DNA of 63,278 bases, filler included, from an uncultured bacterium (GTDB taxonomy: Bacteria > CAYJOG01), in assembly GCA_964371695.1 (NCBI GenBank). It is 3 parts of 3 records of this genome, joined end to end, with 100 filler letters (N's around TTAATTAATTAA, not from the genome) between each part and the next. Parts side by side here need not be neighbours in the genome. Positions count along the whole stretch, not along the records: positions 44,357 to 63,278 come from CAYJOG010000006.1; 2 more parts are not named here. One strand, given 5' to 3'. A model generated the notes under the pieces. The model worked only from the letters and a program-made list of their open reading frames with translations, was not told the DNA's origin and did not search any database. Of this stretch, positions 55,345-63,278 are shown in pieces; the stretch's first letter is position 1, and each line of letters starts with the position of its first letter. The translations under genes and the position numbers were made by a program.

Positions 55345-58300
55345 ACCACCATCCTGTGCCGGGCCAGCTCCATGGTCTTTTCCAGGATGTGGTCCTTGTT
55401 CTCGTTGCTCAGGGGAATCCCCGCCTGCCCCTCGATCTGGTCATAAAGGTAATCGTCAATATCGTTGTGGGTCAGGCGCTGGGCATCCAGGTCATCCCAA
55501 AAGCCCACTTTTTTGTTGCGCTGGATGATGCCCAGGATGTCCAAGGCCGCTTTGACGGTGATGGCCGAGGCAGCCTCTTCATCGGCATGACCCATGAAGA
55601 AGGGTTTCAGCACGCCATAGAACGCCGCGCCGTCGTCGTTGCCTTGCAGGCTGGGGGGCACGTCCTTGGTGCGCCGGTTCACCACCGCGTCCCGGATGTC
55701 CTTGACAGTGTTCAGGTAGTCCAAATCCGACAGGCGCTTGGCCCGGTAATTGTCGATGGCCTGTTGGATCATGGTTGAGAACTTGGTGTAGAAGGCGGGG
55801 TCTTGCTCCAGGCGTTCGTGAATGGCCTTTTTGGTGGCGTGGGCGATGGTGTCGGCCTGGGCGGCCAAGGGTTTGCCGTGGCCCTGTTCGGCCAACACTT
55901 CCTGAAAGGCGTTTTCGTCGAAGATGTTCACCGGGTCGGTCAATTGCATCACTTCACTGGCCGAGAGGTGGGTGTCCAGCAGCTTTTTGATCTTCGGTTC
56001 GTAGTCCCGGTAGTCGATGGTTTCCGCGTAGCGGAGCTTTACGGCTACCCGTAGGTTGGAAAATCGTTTCAAATCATTTTTATACCCTTCCACCTTCTTC
56101 TCCGGGGTGGATGTGATGAACTGCTCACTGGACAGCGCCAGATGCAAGGTTTTTCCAAAGGCGGTCAGGCGGTCGTAAAACTCGTTGCGGATTTTCTCGT
56201 CGCCTAGCAACTGTTCATAGGCTTCCTCGTCGCGCTGGTTCTTGATTTCCTTGAAGATGTCCCACAGGTCGGCGTGGCGTTGGGGCAGCTTGGCCACTTC
56301 TTCGTTCAGACTGATGAGCGCCCCGGCGATGTCCTGTTCGTCGTAGCCTTCCAGTTCGCTGTAGGTGGTCAACGCCTTGTCCAGTTCTCCAAGGATTCCT
56401 TCGTAGTCCAGGATGTAGCCCCATTCCTTTGGCTTCTTGCCTTCGTCGTCGTCATACAGGCGGTTCACGCGGGCGATGGCCTGCAGCAGCGTGTGTTCAC
56501 GCAAAGTGCGGGTGAGGTACAACACGGTATTCCGGGGGGCATCGAAGCCGGTGAGCAGCTTGTCCACCACAATGAGAATTTCCGGGTCCTCCCCGTGTTT
56601 GAACTGGTTGATGACCTGTTTGTTGTATTCCTCTTCGCTGCCGTAGCGCTTCATCATCTTGGCCCAAAAGGCCACCACGGCATCGGTGGATTCATCTTCG
56701 TCGGTTTCTTCGTAACCCTCCCGTGCGTCGGGGGGTGAGATGACCACTTCACAACTCACGTGGCCGATCTCATCCAGCACTTTTTTGTATTGCAGGGCTG
56801 AAGTTTTGTTGGGGGCCACCAGTTGGGCCTTGAAGCCCGTGCCCTTCCAGTTCTGGCGAAAGTGCTCGCTGATGTCGAATGCCCGCATGTAGATGACCTG
56901 ATCGGCCTTGCCCAACATGCCTGCCCGGCTGTATTTCTTTTTCAGGTCGGCTTTTTGTTCGCCGGTGAGGCCCTCGGTGTGGCGCTCGAACCAGGTGTCG
57001 ATGCCGGTTTTGTTCTGGGTGATCTCCACGTGACGGCCTTCGTACAGCAGCGGCACCACGGCGCCGTCCTTCACCGCCTGATTGATGGCATAGGTGTCTA
57101 TGAGCCCGCCGAACTTCTCGAAGTTGTTCCGCTCTTTTTTGCTCAGCGGCGTGCCGGTGAAGCCCAGGTAGCAGGCCATGGGGAACATCTGGCGCATGCG
57201 GGCGGCGAAGCTGCCGAAGTTGGTGCGGTGGCTTTCGTCCACCAGCACGAACACATCGGCGCTGTCTTCGGCGTGTTTTTTGTGAGAGAGCGCTTTGTCG
57301 AACTTGTTGATGAGGGTGGTGATGAGGTGGGCTTTGTCTTCGGCCACCAGTTTCAGCAGGTGCCTGCCGCTGTCGGCGCGTTCAGGGGTGAGGCCGCAGG
57401 CGGCGAAGGTGCTGCCCAGTTGTTTGTCCAGGTCCACCCGGTCGGTGACCAGCACGATGCGGGGGTTGCGGATGTCCGGGTCCAACGCCAGGGCGCGGGC
57501 CAGCATCACCATGGTGAGGGACTTGCCGGACCCCTGCGTGTGCCACACCATGCCCCCGGCGCGGCGGCCTGTGGCGTCGCGCTTTTTCACGCGGTTCACA
57601 ATGCGCTTCACAGCAAAGAACTGCTGGTAGCGTGCAATCTTGCGCAGTCCGCCGTCGAACACGGTGAATTGCAGCGCCATGTCCAGCAAGCGTTCGGGGC
57701 GGCACAGGCTGTGCAGGGTCACATCCTGGCCGGTGACCTGCCGGGGGCCGCTGGCTTCCAGGTCCTCGAAAAACTTTCGTGCTTTGACGAATTCCTCACC
57801 GGAAAAAAGGTGGTCTTTCACCACCGGGGTCAAGGATTGGTTCACCAGCGGTGTCAGGGCGGTGGGGTTGTCCGTCTGTTCGTGCCAGACGGACCAGAAG
57901 CGGGCTGCTGTCCCGGTGGTGGCATATTTGGCGTCGTTTTTGTTCACCGCCAGCACCATCTGGGCATAGGTGAACAGCTTGGGGATGTACTCGTCCCGCT
58001 GGTTGCGGATGGTTTGGGACACGGCCTGATCCACTTCCACTTTGGGCGATTTGCATTCGATGACCACAAACGGAATGCCGTTAACGAACAGCACAATGTC
58101 AGGCCTGGCTGTTTCGTGGCTGCGGGTGCGCTCCACGGGCAATTCGGCGGTGACATGAAAACTGTTGTTGGCGGGGGTTTTCCAGTCGATGTAATTCAGC
58201 GTGAAGCTACGGTTGTCGCCTTCAATATTTTGTTCCAGGGCGATGCCCAGCGTCAGCAGGTCATAAACGGCTTCATTGGTTTTCAGCAGGCCGTCATACT

Positions 58301-58553
58301 TCACGTTTTTCAACCGCTGGATGGCCGTTTGGATATTTTCTTCAGAAAAAAGAAACTGCTGTCCCTTGTGCTGAATGCGGTTAATTTTTTTTAGTTGCTC
58401 CCGAAGGATTTCTTCAAACAGCACATTGCCCAGCTTGCCACCCCGCGCCCGCTGGGCTTCCTGGGGTGGCAGGTAGGTGAATCCAAGGTTGATGAGCAGT
58501 TGCAGGGCGGGAATCTGCGACAAGTATTTTTCGTTGAAGCGAAATCCGTCCAT
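55341..58553 (-). CDS. hsdR: Type I restriction endonuclease subunit R
   Basis: RPDIVLFVNGIP..IECK, HTQGSGKS, DESHR, GFTGTP, LLTGFDAP and QAIARVNR motifs. Confidence 0.97.
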   Translation of the reverse strand: MDGFRFNEKYLSQIPALQLLINLGFTYLPPQEAQRARGGKLGNVLFEEILREQLKKINRIQHKGQQFLFSEENIQTAIQRLKNVKYDGLLKTNEAVYDLLTLGIALEQNIEGDNRSFTLNYIDWKTPANNSFHVTAELPVERTRSHETARPDIVLFVNGIPFVVIECKSPKVEVDQAVSQTIRNQRDEYIPKLFTYAQMVLAVNKNDAKYATTGTAARFWSVWHEQTDNPTALTPLVNQSLTPVVKDHLFSGEEFVKARKFFEDLEASGPRQVTGQDVTLHSLCRPERLLDMALQFTVFDGGLRKIARYQQFFAVKRIVNRVKKRDATGRRAGGMVWHTQGSGKSLTMVMLARALALDPDIRNPRIVLVTDRVDLDKQLGSTFAACGLTPERADSGRHLLKLVAEDKAHLITTLINKFDKALSHKKHAEDSADVFVLVDESHRTNFGSFAARMRQMFPMACYLGFTGTPLSKKERNNFEKFGGLIDTYAINQAVKDGAVVPLLYEGRHVEITQNKTGIDTWFERHTEGLTGEQKADLKKKYSRAGMLGKADQVIYMRAFDISEHFRQNWKGTGFKAQLVAPNKTSALQYKKVLDEIGHVSCEVVISPPDAREGYEETDEDESTDAVVAFWAKMMKRYGSEEEYNKQVINQFKHGEDPEILIVVDKLLTGFDAPRNTVLYLTRTLREHTLLQAIARVNRLYDDDEGKKPKEWGYILDYEGILGELDKALTTYSELEGYDEQDIAGALISLNEEVAKLPQRHADLWDIFKEIKNQRDEEAYEQLLGDEKIRNEFYDRLTAFGKTLHLALSSEQFITSTPEKKVEGYKNDLKRFSNLRVAVKLRYAETIDYRDYEPKIKKLLDTHLSASEVMQLTDPVNIFDENAFQEVLAEQGHGKPLAAQADTIAHATKKAIHERLEQDPAFYTKFSTMIQQAIDNYRAKRLSDLDYLNTVKDIRDAVVNRRTKDVPPSLQGNDDGAAFYGVLKPFFMGHADEEAASAITVKAALDILGIIQRNKKVGFWDDLDAQRLTHNDIDDYLYDQIEGQAGIPLSNENKDHILEKTMELARHRMVV

Positions 58554-59968
58554 TAATTCCCTGCCTCCTTACTACCTGACAAGAATTCTTTTAATTGCCT
58601 AATTTTTCCAAGCAGCTCATCAAACGTGACAATCTCAACATCTTTTGAATTGCGTCGAAAAAGTTCAAAGGATTTCTTTTTATTGTCGCCGTCGGGTGTT
58701 GTCCCTATCAGCAAACAGCAGTGCACGGAGTAAGATTCAATATCGTAAGTCCGGCTGTTCGTCACCAAGGAGGCGAACTCGCGTTGCAGGTTATATTTTT
58801 GGTCAAGGACTTGAGTGATAGCGCCGGAAAGTTCAGACGAAGGTGTATATACGCCTTCCCGGTATTCTTCTTTATTTAATATTTTAGAATTCGGCTTCTT
58901 GATTTCAAAAATAGCCATATTATTTGTAAGACGGTTTTTTACGAGGAAATCTGCAATTTTATTCCCAGGCCCAGATAGCTTGAGCCCACCCATAGACGCC
59001 TGTCCATGGATTTTTACAATTGGATAACCAAACGCAAAATTTAAAATAAATGGATTATCATTGAAAAATGTTTGCCAGGCGCTCTCCTCCAAACTTTGGG
59101 CCATCATTTTCTCGTAGTGTTTAATCAGTAAGTCTAAGGAGAGAAGTTCGATATCATTTTGAAGCTTGGCAAGTTTTTCTGGTTTTTCTTTACCCAGCGT
59201 TTTTGCGCTATCCGTAATTGCTTTTAAGACTTCTTCTTGCTCTTTATCACCAATAGGCACGGTTCCTTGTGCTACCGAAGTAATCAACCTTCTTACTGGG
59301 TGTCTTCCAAATTTGATGTCTTTAAGTGGCCTTCCAAGCCGCTGACAAAAGAGATTGTAAACAGTAGTTTCTTTGACTGTACTTGTAGCTATTTGCCCCA
59401 GATCCGAAATGCTGTTTAGTCCTCTCCTGGCATTTTCAAAATCATTCCAAGAAATCATAAATATGGAAAAGTTCTCGTCGATTTTGGTTTTTTCTTTATT
59501 TGATATGACGATCTCTTCGCAATCGGATAGTTCTTCAATGGCATGAATGATATGCCAATACTCTTTTGCAAGGCCCAGGCCAAAATCGTAGTCCTTTGTA
59601 AAGCCTGACGGGAGGTCCTCAAGCATTTTTACTACTTCTTCTTGGTTGGTGGGGATGGTTCTGTCAAAGTTTGAATATACAATTCCAGAGCCATCTATCG
59701 TGATCGCTTTTATTTTAGAGTGCTTGGGTTTTAAATAGTCATGATGCCCTCCGAGGAGGTTTGTGGGATTAATGGTTAAAAAATTGTCTTGCCCATTGAT
59801 GAGTAGGAGCGACACGCGATAATCATCGGGCTTTTCTGCGTTTAGGCTAGATTGATTGAGTTTTGTCACTGAAGGGACATAAAAAACCTCAACACAATTC
59901 GGGAACACCTCTTCCAAAATCAGTTTGCCATGATCTTCGTCATCCGGGTTTGTGTATTTGCGGGCCAT
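58553..59968 (-). CDS. sduA: Shedu anti-phage nuclease (DUF4263)
   Basis: E..WQ.FF..NP.IL, IADFL, IFEIKKP, ELSGAITQVLDQK and EIVTFDELL motifs. Confidence 0.9.
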   Translation of the reverse strand: MARKYTNPDDEDHGKLILEEVFPNCVEVFYVPSVTKLNQSSLNAEKPDDYRVSLLLINGQDNFLTINPTNLLGGHHDYLKPKHSKIKAITIDGSGIVYSNFDRTIPTNQEEVVKMLEDLPSGFTKDYDFGLGLAKEYWHIIHAIEELSDCEEIVISNKEKTKIDENFSIFMISWNDFENARRGLNSISDLGQIATSTVKETTVYNLFCQRLGRPLKDIKFGRHPVRRLITSVAQGTVPIGDKEQEEVLKAITDSAKTLGKEKPEKLAKLQNDIELLSLDLLIKHYEKMMAQSLEESAWQTFFNDNPFILNFAFGYPIVKIHGQASMGGLKLSGPGNKIADFLVKNRLTNNMAIFEIKKPNSKILNKEEYREGVYTPSSELSGAITQVLDQKYNLQREFASLVTNSRTYDIESYSVHCCLLIGTTPDGDNKKKSFELFRRNSKDVEIVTFDELLGKIRQLKEFLSGSKEAGN

Positions 59969-61188
59969 TAGGTGTCGATTCCCTTTGATCTGATCTCCCC
60001 GGTTAGGAGTTTTTGCATGAGGCCGCGTTTTTGGATTTTTAATGCTGCCACGTTTTCTTGATGAAGGGCGATTTCGCGTCTGGCATCTTCCAGAATTGTG
60101 TTGATGGCCACTTGTTCGTTAAGCGGGGGCAAAGGGATGTGAATCTTTGAGAATGCGATCCAGCGCAGGCTACCGCGTCGGTTGACGGAGGCGTTGGTTC
60201 TGGCCTCGAAGACTTTTCGGAGGGTCTCGGTTTTGAGTAACTTATATAGGTAGCCGTCACAGACCTTGGAAGGGTCGGTTTTGAACACGGTGTAAATGGG
60301 GCTGACCAGTCCTGCTGGGGAAAGGTCCTGATAGCCGATGGAACCTTCTTCGATGTGGTTGGTGGCGTAGGCAAACTGGTTGCCTTGAACCACTTTGTAC
60401 TTGGTGGTGTCATGGCTAAACACCTGCTTGTCAAAGTACTTCAGTGAGTCCACCAATCCGCTGTGTTTCGTGCAGGAAAGGACGGGGAGTTTTTTGTCTG
60501 CCCTGTTGAACTTGGAAACCTCCTGAGCCACTTGTCCGATTTCCACAGATAGCCAGTCTTTGGGTAGGGGTGGTCCGTGAGGGGCCTTGCGGAGAGAAGT
60601 GCTTTTCCCCTCCACTCGCTTCTTCCCAAACAGCAATAAGTGGGAAAGGGCGGCAAGCCGCTGCTCCTTCGCCGCAATCAGTTGTTCGGTCTTCTCGATG
60701 GCGGTGTCCCAAGTGGTCATGATTTCGACGATTAGCGTTTGTTCTTTTTTGGAGGGCACCCATATCAACAACTCTTTAAGGGCATCTGTATCCAGACGAC
60801 CAGTCCCATGCCCAGCAGCTTCTACCATTTGGAGTAATTTCTCTGTTTGAGCAAGGAGGCTGTAAGCCAGGAAAAGGGATGACACGCCATTGAGCGAAAC
60901 CAGTCCTTTTACATCCTGGTTGATCGCAAGTTCTCGATCAGCTACTCCCAAGGGGATTGTCTTGAAGAGGGACATCCCACGGACAAGAAGGAGTATCGCT
61001 CCCTTTGGGACGAGGGACGCCACCTTTCGCCCTTCATCACTCAAAGTCTCAATGGATTTTGAAATTCGAATGGATTTAAGGTCTTTTGCAGAAACCCAAG
61101 GTGTGTCACCACCCCAGAACGCTGGGTTCTGCTTGCTGGGTGTTCCCCCAGAAACAAACTTGGCAAGGTTGCCTAGCGGTTGTTTCAT
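59968..61188 (-). CDS. hsdS: Type I restriction-modification specificity subunit
   Basis: Two TRDs; SGGTPSK, P..EQ..I and K.GLMQKLLTGE motifs. Confidence 0.95.
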   Translation of the reverse strand: MKQPLGNLAKFVSGGTPSKQNPAFWGGDTPWVSAKDLKSIRISKSIETLSDEGRKVASLVPKGAILLLVRGMSLFKTIPLGVADRELAINQDVKGLVSLNGVSSLFLAYSLLAQTEKLLQMVEAAGHGTGRLDTDALKELLIWVPSKKEQTLIVEIMTTWDTAIEKTEQLIAAKEQRLAALSHLLLFGKKRVEGKSTSLRKAPHGPPLPKDWLSVEIGQVAQEVSKFNRADKKLPVLSCTKHSGLVDSLKYFDKQVFSHDTTKYKVVQGNQFAYATNHIEEGSIGYQDLSPAGLVSPIYTVFKTDPSKVCDGYLYKLLKTETLRKVFEARTNASVNRRGSLRWIAFSKIHIPLPPLNEQVAINTILEDARREIALHQENVAALKIQKRGLMQKLLTGEIRSKGIDT

Positions 61189-62219
61189 TTCTTCTTCCCC
61201 GGCTTCTTCTTCGCAGCACCCTTCGCCAACTTCTTCTCCACCTGCTCCAGCAATTTCACATCTTCTGCATCCGCAGCAAGCCTTTCCGCCTCCCGGCGTT
61301 TTCCGTCAAACTCCGCGTAGCGTTCCACAGCCAGACGCTCCGCCACCTTGGCCTGCATCTTCCCGGCATGGGTGAGTACATCCCGTTCGTTGAATTCCAA
61401 AAATGCGTCCAGTCGGATTTCCCAATCCGCCATAGTCATTTGTTGTCTGCGCGTGGCCATGTCTTCGGCGTGGTCCAGGTACATAACCACAATGCGATTC
61501 AGTTCATCAATCTCCGGCTGTGACAGATAGTTTTTGGCAATGGTGACATCCCCCTGGCGCACTCGGTCGCCCTTCCAACTGGTAAGACCCATGTTGGGGG
61601 TGTCCGAGTCGGCGCGGTTCACGATTAATTCCGCCGCAGTGTGGCCAGTGACGGCCCACAGCATTTTGTTCTGCACCTTCTTGAAGAAAAGCTGGGCTTG
61701 ATCGCTTTTGGACTCGTAGTCAACTGCCGTCGTGAAGAGATCTCGCACCTTCTGGTAGAACCGCTTCTCCGATGCCCGGATTTCCCGGATGCGCTTCAGC
61801 AGATTGTCGAAGTAATCCCAGCCCCCCGGCTCTTTCAGCCGGGCATCGTCCATGACGAACCCTTTGACCAGATACTCTCGCAGATGCACCGTGGCCCACT
61901 GCCGGAACTGGGTGCCCCTGGGAGACCGCACCCGGTAGCCCACTGCCAGGATCATGTCCAGGTTATAGAGGTAGGTGGTTCTCTTAACCGGGCGACCCCG
62001 CTCTGTTTGAACTATCAAGGAATCCTTGATAGTTGAGGCTTCAAACAGTTCACCTTCTGACAAAATATTCTTGATGTGCAGACTGATGTTTTGTTTGGAA
62101 GTCTGAAAAAGCTCTGCCATCTGGGCCTGGGTCAGCCAAACGGTGTCCTTCTCGGCCCGCAAGCTCACCGCTGCCTGACCGTCTAATGTTCGATATAGGA
62201 TCAATTCTCCTTCGCTCAT
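61185..62219 (-). CDS. rhuM: Virulence RhuM family protein
   Basis: TVWLTQAQMAELF, YNLDMILAVGYRVRS.RGTQFRQWA and IREIRASEKRFYQK motifs. Confidence 0.93.
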   Translation of the reverse strand: MSEGELILYRTLDGQAAVSLRAEKDTVWLTQAQMAELFQTSKQNISLHIKNILSEGELFEASTIKDSLIVQTERGRPVKRTTYLYNLDMILAVGYRVRSPRGTQFRQWATVHLREYLVKGFVMDDARLKEPGGWDYFDNLLKRIREIRASEKRFYQKVRDLFTTAVDYESKSDQAQLFFKKVQNKMLWAVTGHTAAELIVNRADSDTPNMGLTSWKGDRVRQGDVTIAKNYLSQPEIDELNRIVVMYLDHAEDMATRRQQMTMADWEIRLDAFLEFNERDVLTHAGKMQAKVAERLAVERYAEFDGKRREAERLAADAEDVKLLEQVEKKLAKGAAKKKPGKKK

Positions 62220-62452
62220 ATGCTGGGTTCCTTGGGAGAAAGACCGAAATCCGCTCCCCCTTGAACTATTGCAAAATTTGCAACAGTTCGGCTTCTAAAC
62301 CGTTCTTCGCACCCCACCAAGAAGAAGGTGTCCCGGTAGTGCCGGGTGAGGTTGTGCTTACCGTCTGCGTCAGTTGTCCGGAAATTCCGGACAACTGGGG
62401 CTTGACTCAACTCGCTACCCAAGGCGGGTTTCTCGCTTTTCTTGCCGCTCAT
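62216..62452 (-). pseudogene. Short ORF made of RhuM-like fragments
   Basis: EL....VVRNFRTT.ADGK....HY and TVANFAIVQ both resemble the RhuM N-terminal segment; coupled to hsdM and rhuM. Confidence 0.6.
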
Positions 62453-63278
62453 ACCCCCAACTCCTTCAGGTGCAGTTTCATCCTGGCCCGCACGTCCACC
62501 AGTTCGGCTTCCAGACGGTCGATCTCCTTTTGCACGGCGGCGATGTCGATCTCTTCCTCTTCCTCGAAGGTGTCCACATAGCGGGGAATGTTCAGGTTGA
62601 AATCGTTCTCCTCAATCTCCTTCACCGGGGCCACGTAGGCGTACTTCTCCACGGTTTGGCGGGCCTGCACGGCGGCCACGATTTTTTCCAGGTGCTCCGG
62701 GGAGAGGCTGTTCTGGTTTTTGCTGGGCAAGAACTCCTTGCTGGCGTCCACGAACAGCACGTTCCGCACCTTCTGCCGGTCCCCGCCTTTTTCCCGTGAG
62801 CGGTCAAACAGCAGAACGGCCACGGGGATGGACGTGGTGGGGAACAGGTTGGCGGGCAGGCCGATGACGGCGTCCAGCAGGTTTTCCTCGATCAACTTCC
62901 GGCGGATCAACCCCTCTTTCCCCCCCCGGAACAACACCCCGTGGGGCACCACCACCGCCACGCGGCCCTCCTTGGGCAGGGCCACCTCAATCATGTGGCT
63001 GATGAAGGCGTAATCCCCCTTGGATTTGGGTGGGGTACCCCGCCAGAAGCGGTTGAAGCGGTCCTCCTCGGCGTGTTCCGCCCCCCACTTGTCCAGGCTA
63101 AACGGCGGGTTGGCCACCACGACATTGAAGCGCATGAGCTTGTCGGCCTCCACCAGGGCGGGGCTGTTCAGCGTGTCTCCCCACTCGATGCGGGCGCCGT
63201 CTTTGCCGTGCAGAAACATGTTCATACGCGCCAGCGCCCAGGTGCTGCCGTTGACCTCCTGGCCGAACAGGGCGTAGT
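62449..63278 (-). CDS. hsdM: Type I restriction-modification methyltransferase, 3' part (runs off the window)
   Basis: VVANPPFS, PHGVLFRGG.E and NLNIPRYV motifs. Confidence 0.96.
   Translation of the reverse strand, partial: YALFGQEVNGSTWALARMNMFLHGKDGARIEWGDTLNSPALVEADKLMRFNVVVANPPFSLDKWGAEHAEEDRFNRFWRGTPPKSKGDYAFISHMIEVALPKEGRVAVVVPHGVLFRGGKEGLIRRKLIEENLLDAVIGLPANLFPTTSIPVAVLLFDRSREKGGDRQKVRNVLFVDASKEFLPSKNQNSLSPEHLEKIVAAVQARQTVEKYAYVAPVKEIEENDFNLNIPRYVDTFEEEEEIDIAAVQKEIDRLEAELVDVRARMKLHLKELGV

Overview
The window is three separate contigs (1-22118, 22219-44256, 44357-63278) of a GC-rich bacterium, joined by artificial N44-TTAATTAATTAA-N44 linkers, so adjacency across the linkers means nothing. 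Contig 1 starts with the end of a phage-like tail/lysis module (J-like tail-tip protein, an AT-rich DUF488 two-gene insert, M15 endolysin, holin-like ORFs). It continues with secreted proteins, epmA, an 8-oxoG glycosylase, a stand-alone KAP NTPase, and mnmG-rsmG-parB with two parS sites and no adjacent parA. Contig 2 is mostly housekeeping (glgA, PMM/PGM, an apparently inactive GH35, ftsA without ftsZ, RNase HI, ddl, DegP, dinJ-yafQ, hemA, siroheme dehydrogenase) with many modular palindromic intergenic repeats. Contig 3 has a ParDE-like TA pair, a Kelch-FN3x7-dockerin protein coupled to a lipoprotein with a cohesin-like C-terminus, and a defence island (hsdM-rhuM-hsdS-Shedu-hsdR-M48 peptidase plus a 1178-aa putative nuclease). 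The best leads are the candidate non-cellulosomal cohesin-dockerin surface display pair, the 1178-aa nuclease lacking an NTPase, and the DUF488 moron. All family calls come from motif recognition by eye; no database searches were run.
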